Below, piece after piece: positions 20,876-31,614 of a stretch of 53,508 nucleotides of DNA. Source of the stretch: Escherichia coli (GTDB lineage: Bacteria > Pseudomonadota > Gammaproteobacteria > Enterobacterales > Enterobacteriaceae); assembly GCF_003334335.1 (NCBI RefSeq), contig NZ_QOWQ01000033.1; one strand, 5' to 3'. Within the stretch, counting starts at the first letter, position 1. Every line of letters begins with the position of its first letter. The notes under the pieces are model-generated. The model did no database searches. It was not told the DNA's origin and saw nothing but the letters and a program-made list of their open reading frames with translations. A program made the translations under genes and the position numbers.

Positions 20876-22555
20876 TTACTGCGGGTAAGGCACCCAGTCG
20901 CCGCCGTTCAGGCGAACGTACGGTTTATCCTGGTATTGAATAACTACTGCATTTGAGTTCTCGGAGACCGGTGCTGTTTGTGGCAACCCACTGGTGAGTT
21001 TTTTCCAGTCAACATTGTCTTCGGTGAAAATCTTGCCATCGAGAACGCGAACCACCAGATCGGAGATAGCCAGGAAGCTGCTCGGTTGTTCGATGACAAT
21101 CGGTGCCCCCTGATGCGGTGCCTTCATGCCGAAGAATTTCACCCCAACGGGGACGTCGGTGATAGACGGGCTAGGGATATCACGTAGGCCAGATACCTGC
21201 ATTCTGTCGCCCTTCAGCGCGCCGCCGTGTTCCGGCACCACGACCACCATCACTTTACGACCCGATTTCTCAAGTTCAGTAAAGAAGGCGTCCAGTTCAT
21301 CAAAGAATTTCTGCGCCCGCGCTTTGTAATCCGCTGTTTTGCTGACCCCCGGATAATGGTTGCCGTCATGCAGTGGAAGCGTGTTGTAGAACGTGGCACT
21401 ACGGCTGTTTTTATCTTTTTCGGTAACGTCCAGCCAGCGGTTAAGCACAGCGGTATCGTCATAAACCGGCGAACCATCAAAGCCCAGCAAAATAACCGGC
21501 AGATTTGTTTGATCCATCAATTCGCTCTGCATGCCGCCATTTTCGCGAACTTCTTTCAAAAAACCGCCGAACTGGCCGTTATGTCCCATCATCAGGTGCT
21601 GGGTAAAGCCCAGTTTCGAAAGGTTATCAAACAGATAGCAGTCGTTATTTGCCGGTTGATACAGATTAGTGTGCGAAGTCTGCCCGCAGCTGGCGCGCAG
21701 TAAACGGATCGCCGCCGGGCCACTGTAGGAGGTGGCGGAGTTAAAGTTCTTGAACTCAATATCGAAATGCGACCACAGTGGATGCGACATCAACCCGGCG
21801 GCTTCTATATCCGACCAGGAAAGCGAACAGATGTTAATCACCAGTAGTTCAAATGGCTGAGCATCAGCGGGCAGCGAAGACGGGAAGGTCGATTTACGTT
21901 TCGCCTCCGCGTTATAGAAATTATTCAGCCAGGCGTTAAGGTTCGCCGTTGTTGGCGGTGCAGTTTGTGCGGGCATATCACCCACTACCGGTGCGCCACC
22001 CGTCGCCGCAACGGTTGCCGCTGCGTTACCACCCGTCGTTGTTACAGTGGTCGTCGGTTGTCCGGCTGGCCACAAGGAGAAACTTGGTCCCGCCAGGGTA
22101 AGTACGTTCAGCCATAGCAGTATGGCAACCACAAAAACGGTAATGCGAATCCATTGTGACAGGAATAACCAGGCCACTAATAAAACAAAAATGGCCCCAA
22201 TCATCTGCCAGTTAATAAAGCGTGTGACAAGGTCGATTAAATAATCGGTACTGAACCCCGCCACCTGCGAACCCTGGCTCATTATGCTTTCCGGGCCAGG
22301 CAACCAGGTGTCATGCCAGAACAAAGCAAAGCCGATCGGCAGGGCAATCCAGTGGCGCAAGCGATGCAGGCTGTAGCGCGGAAGGGGCATCAGCAGAAAC
22401 GCGGCAAACACCAAATTGAGGAGCGGATGGAAGTTAAGATATCCCGCCCACAACAGGCCGAACTTAACCAGAAAATAGAAGTTCCAGCCGGAAAGGCCGC
22501 GCCAGTATTGCCAGAGGGAAGAAGGCATGGCGGTATTTTGCGTAAATTGAGTCAT
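20876..22555 (-). CDS. bcsG: cellulose phosphoethanolamine transferase BcsG
   Basis: 559 aa, N-terminal TM helices plus alkaline-phosphatase-superfamily periplasmic domain; ATGA overlap with bcsF. Confidence 0.93.
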
Positions 22556-22743
22556 TTTTTGGTTGCCCTGGCTTTTTCCGTGCGGCGTAACGTCCCGGCC
22601 GGTTTAACATAACGAGGTTTAGCAAAGAACAAACGTAAGGTGTCGCGAATGCGTCGCAAAGAGTGCCGCGCCAGATAGCCCAGCGGGAAAAATATCAGTG
22701 CGCAAACGACAATAATTTCAATGATATCGCTGATGGTCATCAT
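22552..22743 (-). CDS. bcsF: cellulose biosynthesis small membrane protein BcsF (63 aa)
   Basis: [31 protein letters not shown]...; single TM helix; overlaps bcsE and bcsG by 4 bp each. Confidence 0.9.
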
Positions 22744-24311
22744 GATGAGCGCTCCACAGCATCATCTAACAGTCGCATGGGTTCTGGTATTCGTCGCCAG
22801 TGGCGACCATCGTGCTCGGCATTGATGACCGGTTTAGAACTTTGCGTTAAAGGCAGCGGCATGCCCCATTGTTCTGGGGCAAGCAAGCGCATCTGCACCA
22901 GCTCGGCACTGATTTGATCATCTTCAAACCAGACCATACGGTTTGAGAAAATGTCGCCAGTAGGCAATGGGAAAATATGATTCAACGCGGTATCCAGATC
23001 GTTAATCCGACAGAATGAGAGAAACAGCACCAGCCGATTACCGCCAATGGTCATGATATCGCCGGTACGGTTAGGGCGACACAGCGTCAGGGCTTGTTCA
23101 ACGCGGATACCCGGTACCGGACGTAGGGCAACCAGAACGCCTTTACCGTGGGCAGGTAATAGAGGGTTATTCATCATGTTGTTGACGGCATTACAGAACA
23201 CATCCCACTTCTGGAAACCACGCAGTTTGAGCGGCTGGGTCATTGACAGCAAGGTAGTGATATCTTCCGGCACATAGCGACTAAACTTCTGCCCTTGCAC
23301 GCTTTCGATCATCGTCAGACAACGGGAGAGTGGCGCATTCCACGGAATAACCATATTTGCACCGCAGGCCAATAACAAACGTTCATCGGTGGCGCGCAGG
23401 CTAGCGGTATTTTCCCGCACGAGGATTTTCATCGCACTACCGCGCTGGCGACGCAGGGTATGAATGCTGCGGGCCAGTGGCTCGATTTGCGCATTTTGCT
23501 GTAAAGAAAAGACCACCGTCGCCGCCTGAGCGGTACGGGCTTCATTGAACAGGACTTCGTTATTGTTGAACAGTTGCCAGTGTTCCGATAGCGGCGGCGC
23601 ACCTTCCAGTACAGCAACATTACTCAGAATGCGTTTTTCGTCGCTGCGTGGTTGGATCTCCGCCTCTTCGCTTTGAACTAATGTCCAGATACCATTTTGT
23701 TGCTGAACGCTAAGCTGCTGACGGGCGCTGACCCCTTTTTCGTTGCACCAGAAGGCAATATCCAGCAAATGTTGGTCACCCTGAAAACGCAAACTGGCAA
23801 GACCAAAAAGTGAACGGTATTCCTCAAGCAACAATGAAAATTGTTTATCGTTATTATTTCCGGGATTAATTACCAAAAGCGAACAATGGTTTAACCTGCT
23901 CCATTTATTCATTTTATCCAACCATGAGCGAAGCCGCTCGGCAGGAATGTTTTGCCATGCGTTATTTGCGCAAACAAGAATAAAAAGGTAATTATGGGGA
24001 TCAATAGAACACTGCAAATCACGGGTCAAATAGTATAGACCTTTTTCATGATTTAGCATTGAAAATAATTTTATTTTTTCCGGCCCTTGAGAATCATCTA
24101 ATTGAAAGATTTTCGCCGGATCGCTGTCCATGCTAATGACCGCGACGTGTGCGGTTTCAGCCTGGGATGCAATTGTTTGATTCGCCAGACTGATAGCATC
24201 TTCATGGCGATCGACGTTAAACCACCAGACGCCACCTGCTGGCATATGTCGCAGCTCATCCCATAATGATGAGATACCGATAGAGAATACAGGGTCCACA
24301 ATGTCCCTCAT
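22740..24311 (-). CDS. bcsE: cellulose biosynthesis c-di-GMP-binding protein BcsE (GIL domain)
   Basis: 523 aa; RxGD motif (RTGD) seen in ...[15 protein letters not shown].... Confidence 0.93.
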
Positions 24312-24583
24312 GTCACCATTTTGTCTGATTATCAGTTTACTAGCGAAAGCTAAGAAATAAACCTACCATTGAAATTAAAACTTATCAGATTTAGCATGTG
24401 AATCAATTTAGAAGGTCACAAGACGTGTGATTTTAGTCTTTTCGTTTTTAACTTTTTCTGTTGCGTAACGGAAAGTCAAAAAGTGAGCAAATTCCCGTCT
24501 CGCCGTAAACAATAAACCGGCGAAATGCTCACGGTTAGAATTGTCTCATGAACGGTACGGTTATTTCATAGGGATCAAGCAAA

Positions 24584-24772
24584 ATGAATAACAATGAACC
24601 AGATACTCTGCCTGATCCCGCGATAGGCTATATCTTCCAGAATGATATTGTGGCGTTAAAGCAGGCATTTTCACTGCCTGATATTGATTATGCCGATATT
24701 TCCCAACGCGAACAGTTGGCCGCGGCATTAAAACGCTGGCCGTTGCTGGCAGAGTTTGCGCAACAAAAGTAG
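24584..24772 (+). CDS. bcsR: cellulose biosynthesis protein BcsR (62 aa)
   Basis: MNNNEPDTLPDPAIGYIFQNDIVALKQAFSLPDIDYADISQREQLAAALKRWPLLAEFAQQK; divergent from bcsE. Confidence 0.9.
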   Translation: MNNNEPDTLPDPAIGYIFQNDIVALKQAFSLPDIDYADISQREQLAAALKRWPLLAEFAQQK

Positions 24773-24783
24773 GGGATTGGTGA

Positions 24784-25536
24784 ATGGCCGTACTGGGATT
24801 GCAGGGGGTGCGGGGAGGCGTGGGGACAACAACCATCACCGCCGCATTAGCCTGGTCATTACAAATGTTGGGAGAAAATGTCCTGGTGGTCGATGCCTGC
24901 CCGGACAACTTGTTGCGCCTGTCATTTAATGTTGATTTTACCCACCGTCAGGGCTGGGCCAGAGCGATGCTGGATGGCCAGGACTGGCGTGACGCTGGGT
25001 TGCGCTACACCTCGCAGCTCGATTTGCTGCCTTTTGGTCAGTTATCCATTGAAGAACAAGAAAATCCACAGCACTGGCAAACCCGGCTGAGCGATATTTG
25101 CTCCGGCTTACAGCAACTAAAAGCCAGCGGGCGTTACCAGTGGATTTTAATCGACTTACCGCGTGATGCCTCGCAGATAACCCACCAGCTGCTGAGTTTG
25201 TGCGATCACTCGCTGGCAATCGTCAATGTGGATGCCAACTGCCATATCCGACTGCATCAGCAAGCGCTGCCGGATGGCGCACATATTTTGATTAATGACT
25301 TCCGTATTGGCAGTCAGGTTCAGGACGATATTTACCAGCTTTGGTTGCAAAGCCAGCGCCGATTACTGCCGATGCTCATTCATCGTGATGAAGCGATGGC
25401 TGAATGCCTGGCGGCTAAGCAACCAGTAGGTGAATATCGCAGTGATGCGCTGGCGGCTGAAGAGATACTGACGCTGGCGAACTGGTGCCTGTTGAACTAC
25501 TCCGGGCTGAAAACGCCAGTCGGGAGTGCATCATGA
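24784..25536 (+). CDS. bcsQ: cellulose biosynthesis protein BcsQ (MinD/ParA-like), uninterrupted 250-codon frame
   Basis: ATG at 24784, 12 bp after the bcsR stop; codon 6 (24799-24801) is TTG; P-loop-like GVRGGVGTTT; ATGA overlap with bcsA. Confidence 0.9.
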   Translation: MAVLGLQGVRGGVGTTTITAALAWSLQMLGENVLVVDACPDNLLRLSFNVDFTHRQGWARAMLDGQDWRDAGLRYTSQLDLLPFGQLSIEEQENPQHWQTRLSDICSGLQQLKASGRYQWILIDLPRDASQITHQLLSLCDHSLAIVNVDANCHIRLHQQALPDGAHILINDFRIGSQVQDDIYQLWLQSQRRLLPMLIHRDEAMAECLAAKQPVGEYRSDALAAEEILTLANWCLLNYSGLKTPVGSAS

Positions 25537-28151
25537 GTATCCTGACCCGGTGGTTGCTTATCCCGCCGGTCAACGCGCGGCTTATCGGGCGTTATCGCGA
25601 TTATCGTCGTCACGGTGCGTCGGCTTTCAGCGCGACGCTCGGCTGTTTCTGGATGATCCTGGCCTGGATTTTTATTCCGCTGGAGCACCCGCGCTGGCAG
25701 CGTATTCGCGCAGAACATAAAAACCTGTATCCGCATATCAACGCCTCGCGTCCGCGTCCGCTGGACCCGGTCCGTTATCTCATTCAAACATGCTGGTTAT
25801 TGATCGGTGCATCGCGCAAAGAAACGCCGAAACCGCGCAGGCGGGCATTTTCAGGTCTGCAAAATATTCGTGGACGTTACCATCAATGGATGAACGAGCT
25901 GCCTGAGCGCGTTAGCCATAAAACACAGCATCTGGATGAGAAAAAAGAGCTCGGTCATTTGAGTGCCGGGGCGCGGCGGTTGATCCTCGGTATCATCGTC
26001 ACCTTCTCGCTGATTCTGGCGTTAATCTGCGTTACTCAGCCGTTTAACCCGCTGGCGCAGTTTATCTTCCTGATGCTGCTGTGGGGGGTAGCGCTGATCG
26101 TACGGCGGATGCCGGGGCGCTTCTCGGCGCTAATGTTGATTGTGCTGTCGCTGACCGTTTCTTGCCGTTATATCTGGTGGCGTTACACCTCTACGCTGAA
26201 CTGGGACGATCCGGTCAGCCTGGTGTGCGGGCTTATTCTGCTCTTCGCTGAAACGTACGCGTGGATTGTGCTGGTGCTCGGCTACTTCCAGGTAGTATGG
26301 CCGCTGAATCGTCAGCCGGTGCCATTGCCGAAAGATATGTCGCTGTGGCCGTCGGTGGATATCTTTGTCCCGACTTACAACGAAGATCTCAACGTGGTGA
26401 AAAATACCATTTACGCCTCGCTGGGTATCGACTGGCCGAAAGATAAGCTGAATATCTGGATCCTTGATGACGGCGGCAGGGAAGAGTTTCGCCAGTTTGC
26501 GCAAAACGTGGGGGTGAAATATATCGCCCGCACCACTCATGAACATGCGAAAGCAGGCAACATCAACAATGCGCTGAAATATGCCAAAGGCGAGTTCGTG
26601 TCGATTTTCGACTGCGACCACGTACCAACGCGATCGTTCTTGCAAATGACCATGGGCTGGTTCCTGAAAGAAAAACAGCTGGCGATGATGCAGACGCCGC
26701 ACCACTTCTTCTCACCGGACCCGTTTGAACGCAACCTGGGGCGTTTCCGTAAAACGCCGAACGAAGGCACGCTGTTCTATGGTCTGGTGCAGGATGGCAA
26801 CGATATGTGGGACGCCACTTTCTTCTGCGGTTCCTGTGCGGTGATTCGTCGTAAGCCGCTGGATGAAATTGGCGGCATTGCTGTCGAAACCGTGACTGAA
26901 GATGCGCATACTTCTCTGCGGTTGCACCGTCGTGGCTATACCTCCGCGTATATGCGTATTCCGCAGGCGGCGGGGCTGGCGACCGAAAGTCTGTCGGCGC
27001 ATATCGGTCAGCGTATTCGCTGGGCGCGCGGGATGGTACAAATCTTCCGTCTCGATAACCCGCTCACCGGTAAAGGGCTGAAGTTTGCTCAGCGGCTATG
27101 TTACGTCAACGCCATGTTCCACTTCTTGTCGGGCATTCCACGGCTGATCTTCCTGACTGCGCCGCTGGCGTTCCTGCTGCTTCATGCCTACATCATCTAT
27201 GCGCCAGCGTTGATGATCGCCCTATTCGTGCTGCCGCATATGATCCATGCCAGCCTGACCAACTCCAAGATCCAGGGCAAATATCGCCACTCTTTCTGGA
27301 GTGAAATCTACGAAACGGTGCTGGCGTGGTATATCGCACCACCGACGCTGGTGGCGCTGATTAACCCGCACAAAGGCAAATTTAACGTCACCGCCAAAGG
27401 TGGACTGGTGGAAGAAGAGTACGTCGACTGGGTGATCTCGCGGCCCTACATCTTCCTTGTCCTGCTCAACCTGGTGGGCGTTGCGGTAGGCATCTGGCGC
27501 TACTTCTATGGCCCGCCAACCGAGATGCTCACCGTGGTCGTCAGTATGGTGTGGGTGTTCTACAACCTGATTGTTCTTGGCGGCGCAGTTGCGGTATCGG
27601 TAGAAAGCAAACAGGTACGCCGATCGCACCGCGTGGAGATGACGATGCCCGCGGCAATTGCCCGCGAAGATGGTCACCTCTTCTCGTGTACCGTTCAGGA
27701 TTTCTCCGACGGTGGTTTGGGGATCAAGATCAACGGTCAGGCGCAGATTCTGGAAGGGCAGAAAGTGAATCTGTTGCTTAAACGCGGTCAGCAGGAATAC
27801 GTCTTCCCGACCCAGGTGGCGCGCGTGATGGGTAATGAAGTTGGGCTGAAATTAATGCCGCTCACCACCCAGCAACATATCGATTTTGTGCAGTGTACGT
27901 TTGCCCGTGCGGATACATGGGCGCTCTGGCAGGACAGCTACCCGGAAGATAAGCCGCTGGAAAGTCTGCTGGATATTCTGAAGCTCGGCTTCCGTGGCTA
28001 CCGCCATCTGGCGGAGTTTGCGCCTTCTTCGGTGAAGGGCATATTCCGTGTGCTGACTTCTCTGGTTTCCTGGGTTGTATCGTTTATTCCGCGCCGCCCG
28101 GAGCGGAGCGAAACGGCACAACCATCGGATCAGGCTTTGGCTCAACAATGA
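25533..28151 (+). CDS. bcsA: cellulose synthase catalytic subunit BcsA (GT2 + PilZ)
   Basis: GT2 motifs (DDG, TED in VTEDAHTS, QRIRW), C-terminal PilZ motifs RRSHR and DFSDGG; ATG at 25533. Confidence 0.96.
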   Translation: MSILTRWLLIPPVNARLIGRYRDYRRHGASAFSATLGCFWMILAWIFIPLEHPRWQRIRAEHKNLYPHINASRPRPLDPVRYLIQTCWLLIGASRKETPKPRRRAFSGLQNIRGRYHQWMNELPERVSHKTQHLDEKKELGHLSAGARRLILGIIVTFSLILALICVTQPFNPLAQFIFLMLLWGVALIVRRMPGRFSALMLIVLSLTVSCRYIWWRYTSTLNWDDPVSLVCGLILLFAETYAWIVLVLGYFQVVWPLNRQPVPLPKDMSLWPSVDIFVPTYNEDLNVVKNTIYASLGIDWPKDKLNIWILDDGGREEFRQFAQNVGVKYIARTTHEHAKAGNINNALKYAKGEFVSIFDCDHVPTRSFLQMTMGWFLKEKQLAMMQTPHHFFSPDPFERNLGRFRKTPNEGTLFYGLVQDGNDMWDATFFCGSCAVIRRKPLDEIGGIAVETVTEDAHTSLRLHRRGYTSAYMRIPQAAGLATESLSAHIGQRIRWARGMVQIFRLDNPLTGKGLKFAQRLCYVNAMFHFLSGIPRLIFLTAPLAFLLLHAYIIYAPALMIALFVLPHMIHASLTNSKIQGKYRHSFWSEIYETVLAWYIAPPTLVALINPHKGKFNVTAKGGLVEEEYVDWVISRPYIFLVLLNLVGVAVGIWRYFYGPPTEMLTVVVSMVWVFYNLIVLGGAVAVSVESKQVRRSHRVEMTMPAAIAREDGHLFSCTVQDFSDGGLGIKINGQAQILEGQKVNLLLKRGQQEYVFPTQVARVMGNEVGLKLMPLTTQQHIDFVQCTFARADTWALWQDSYPEDKPLESLLDILKLGFRGYRHLAEFAPSSVKGIFRVLTSLVSWVVSFIPRRPERSETAQPSDQALAQQ

Positions 28152-28161
28152 TGATAACGCG

Positions 28162-30501
28162 ATGAAAAGAAAACTATTCTGGATTTGTGCAGTGGCTATG
28201 GGGATGAGTGCGTTCCCCTCTTTCATGACGCAGGCGACGCCAGCAACGCAACCACTGATCAATGCTGAGCCAGCTGTAGCCGCCCAGACGGAACAAAATC
28301 CGCAGGTGGGGCAAGTGATGCCGGGCGTGCAGGGCGCTGATGCGCCAGTCGTGGCGCAGAACGGTCCTTCGCGTGATGTGAAGCTGACCTTTGCGCAAAT
28401 TGCACCGCCGCCGGGCAGCATGGTGCTACGTGGCATTAACCCGAACGGCAGCATTGAGTTTGGTATGCGCAGCGATGAAGTGGTGACGAAGGCGATGCTC
28501 AACCTCGAATACACCCCATCGCCATCGTTACTGCCTGTCCAGTCGCAGTTAAAGGTTTATCTCAATGATGAACTGATGGGCGTGCTGCCAGTGACCAAAG
28601 AACAGTTGGGTAAAAAAACGCTGGCGCAAATGCCCATTAACCCACTGTTTATTACCGACTTCAACCGTGTACGGCTGGAGTTTGTCGGCCATTATCAGGA
28701 CGTGTGCGAAAACCCGGCCAGCACCACGCTTTGGCTGGATGTTGGGCGGAGCAGTGGACTGGATCTGACCTATCAGACCCTGAATGTGAAGAATGACCTG
28801 TCACACTTCCCGGTGCCATTCTTTGACCCGCGCGATAACCGCACCAACACCTTGCCGATGGTCTTTGCGGGTGCGCCGGATGTTGGGCTGCAACAAGCCT
28901 CTGCCATTGTCGCCTCGTGGTTTGGTTCGCGTTCTGGCTGGCGTGGGCAGAACTTCCCGGTACTCTATAACCAACTGCCGGATCGCAATGCCATTGTCTT
29001 TGCAACCAACGACAAACGGCCGGACTTCCTGCGCGATCATCCGGCGGTAAAAGCCCCGGTGATTGAGATGATTAACCATCCGCAGAATCCTTACGTCAAA
29101 CTGCTGGTGGTGTTTGGTCGTGACGACAAAGACCTGTTGCAGGCAGCGAAAGGTATCGCTCAGGGTAACATTCTGTTCCGTGGTGAAAGCGTGGTAGTGA
29201 ATGAAGTGAAACCGCTGCTACCGCGTAAGCCGTACGATGCGCCGAACTGGGTACGTACCGATCGTCCGGTCACATTTGGCGAACTGAAAACCTATGAAGA
29301 ACAGTTACAATCCAGCGGTCTTGAGCCAGCAGCGATTAACGTTTCGCTAAACCTGCCGCCGGATCTCTACCTGATGCGCAGTATCGGCATTGATATGGAT
29401 ATTAATTACCGCTACACCATGCCGCCGGTGAAAGACAGTTCGCGGATGGATATCAGCCTGAATAACCAGTTCCTGCAATCCTTCAACCTGAGCAGCAAAC
29501 AGGAGGCGAACCGCCTGCTGCTGCGGATTCCGGTATTACAAGGTTTGCTGGATGGCAAAACAGATGTCTCTATTCCGGCGCTGAAACTGGGCGCGACCAA
29601 CCAGCTGCGCTTCGACTTTGAGTATATGAACCCGATGCCGGGCGGTTCGGTGGATAACTGTATTACCTTCCAGCCGGTGCAGAATCATGTGGTGATTGGT
29701 GACGACTCCACCATCGACTTCTCGAAGTATTACCACTTCATCCCGATGCCGGATCTACGCGCCTTTGCTAACGCGGGCTTCCCATTCAGCCGGATGGCGG
29801 ATCTGTCGCAAACCATCACCGTGATGCCGAAAGCGCCTAACGAAGCACAGATGGAAACGTTGCTGAATACTGTTGGTTTTATCGGCGCACAGACGGGCTT
29901 CCCGGCGATTAATCTGACGGTGACCGATGATGGCAGCACCATTCAGGGCAAAGATGCCGACATCATGATCATCGGTGGTATCCCGGACAAACTGAAAGAC
30001 GATAAGCAGATCGACCTATTGGTGCAGGCGACCGAAAGCTGGGTGAAAACACCGATGCGCCAGACCCCGTTCCCCGGCATTGTGCCGGACGAGAGCGATC
30101 GCGCGGCAGAAACCCGGTCAACGCTGACCTCTTCCGGTGCGATGGCGGCGGTGATTGGCTTCCAGTCGCCGTATAACGACCAGCGCAGCGTGATTGCGTT
30201 GTTGGCAGATAGCCCACGCGGTTATGAAATGCTTAACGATGCGGTGAACGATAGCGGCAAACGCGCCACCATGTTCGGTTCGGTCGCGGTGATCCGCGAG
30301 TCCGGTATCAACAGCCTACGTGTTGGCGACGTTTATTACGTAGGTCATCTGCCGTGGTTCGAGCGCGTGTGGTATGCGCTGGCAAACCATCCGATTCTGC
30401 TGGCGGTGCTGGCGGCTATCAGTGTGATATTGCTGGCATGGGTACTGTGGCGTCTGCTGCGAATTATTAGTCGTCGTCGTCTTAACCCGGATAACGAGTA
30501 A
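28162..30501 (+). CDS. bcsB: cellulose synthase periplasmic subunit BcsB
   Basis: 779 aa starting MKRKLFWICAVAMGMSAFPSF (signal peptide) with C-terminal TM anchor; the ORF track's 28075 start overlaps the bcsA end. Confidence 0.95.
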   Translation: MKRKLFWICAVAMGMSAFPSFMTQATPATQPLINAEPAVAAQTEQNPQVGQVMPGVQGADAPVVAQNGPSRDVKLTFAQIAPPPGSMVLRGINPNGSIEFGMRSDEVVTKAMLNLEYTPSPSLLPVQSQLKVYLNDELMGVLPVTKEQLGKKTLAQMPINPLFITDFNRVRLEFVGHYQDVCENPASTTLWLDVGRSSGLDLTYQTLNVKNDLSHFPVPFFDPRDNRTNTLPMVFAGAPDVGLQQASAIVASWFGSRSGWRGQNFPVLYNQLPDRNAIVFATNDKRPDFLRDHPAVKAPVIEMINHPQNPYVKLLVVFGRDDKDLLQAAKGIAQGNILFRGESVVVNEVKPLLPRKPYDAPNWVRTDRPVTFGELKTYEEQLQSSGLEPAAINVSLNLPPDLYLMRSIGIDMDINYRYTMPPVKDSSRMDISLNNQFLQSFNLSSKQEANRLLLRIPVLQGLLDGKTDVSIPALKLGATNQLRFDFEYMNPMPGGSVDNCITFQPVQNHVVIGDDSTIDFSKYYHFIPMPDLRAFANAGFPFSRMADLSQTITVMPKAPNEAQMETLLNTVGFIGAQTGFPAINLTVTDDGSTIQGKDADIMIIGGIPDKLKDDKQIDLLVQATESWVKTPMRQTPFPGIVPDESDRAAETRSTLTSSGAMAAVIGFQSPYNDQRSVIALLADSPRGYEMLNDAVNDSGKRATMFGSVAVIRESGINSLRVGDVYYVGHLPWFERVWYALANHPILLAVLAAISVILLAWVLWRLLRIISRRRLNPDNE

Positions 30502-30507
30502 TTGAAG

Positions 30508-31614
30508 ATGAATGTGTTGCGTAGTGGAATCGTGACGATGCTGCTGCTGGCTGCCTTTAGTGTTCAGGCAGCCTGTACCTGGCCTGCCTGGGAGCAGTTT
30601 AAAAAGGATTACATCAGTCAGGAAGGGCGCGTCATCGACCCCAGCGACGCGCGCAAAATCACCACCTCCGAAGGGCAAAGTTACGGCATGTTCTCTGCCC
30701 TGGCGGCTAACGACCGTGCAGCTTTCGATAATATTCTCGACTGGACGCAGAACAATCTCGCTCAGGGTTCTTTAAAAGAACGTTTGCCCGCCTGGCTGTG
30801 GGGCAAGAAAGAGAACAGTAAGTGGGAAGTGCTGGACAGCAATTCGGCCTCCGATGGTGATGTCTGGATGGCCTGGTCGTTGCTGGAGGCGGGGCGTTTG
30901 TGGAAAGAGCAGCGTTATACCGACATCGGCAGCGCGTTGCTAAAACGTATCGCGCGGGAGGAAGTGGTGACGGTGCCTGGGCTGGGTTCCATGTTGTTAC
31001 CGGGCAAAGTGGGTTTTGCTGAGGATAACAGCTGGCGTTTTAACCCCAGCTACCTGCCGCCGACGCTGGCGCAGTATTTCACCCGCTTTGGCGCGCCGTG
31101 GACCACGCTGCGCGAAACCAATCAACGTTTATTGCTGGAAACCGCCCCGAAAGGTTTTTCGCCAGACTGGGTGCGCTATGAGAAAGACAAAGGCTGGCAG
31201 CTAAAAGCCGAAAAAACATTGATCAGCAGCTACGACGCTATCCGCGTTTACATGTGGGTAGGCATGATGCCTGACAGCGATCCGCAAAAAGCGCGGATGC
31301 TCAACCGGTTTAAACCGATGGCGACATTCACTGAGAAAAACGGTTATCCGCCGGAAAAAGTGGATGTGGCTACGGGGAAAGCGCAGGGTAAAGGACCAGT
31401 CGGTTTTTCTGCCGCCATGCTGCCCTTTTTACAAAACCGCGATGCGCAGGCCGTTCAGCGCCAGCGCGTGGCCGATAACTTTCCCGGCAGCGATGCCTAT
31501 TACAACTATGTGCTGACCCTGTTTGGACAAGGCTGGGATCAACACCGTTTCCGCTTCTCGACAAAAGGTGAGTTATTACCTGACTGGGGCCAGGAATGCG
31601 CAAATTCACACTAA
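30508..31614 (+). CDS. bcsZ: endo-1,4-beta-glucanase BcsZ (glycoside hydrolase family 8)
   Basis: 368 aa with signal peptide ([21 protein letters not shown]) and GH8-like segment [12 protein letters not shown]. Confidence 0.95.
   Translation: MNVLRSGIVTMLLLAAFSVQAACTWPAWEQFKKDYISQEGRVIDPSDARKITTSEGQSYGMFSALAANDRAAFDNILDWTQNNLAQGSLKERLPAWLWGKKENSKWEVLDSNSASDGDVWMAWSLLEAGRLWKEQRYTDIGSALLKRIAREEVVTVPGLGSMLLPGKVGFAEDNSWRFNPSYLPPTLAQYFTRFGAPWTTLRETNQRLLLETAPKGFSPDWVRYEKDKGWQLKAEKTLISSYDAIRVYMWVGMMPDSDPQKARMLNRFKPMATFTEKNGYPPEKVDVATGKAQGKGPVGFSAAMLPFLQNRDAQAVQRQRVADNFPGSDAYYNYVLTLFGQGWDQHRFRFSTKGELLPDWGQECANSH

Noticed and set aside
26130-26705. 191-aa minus-strand ORF
   Set aside because: Antisense to the bcsA catalytic domain; no independent signals.
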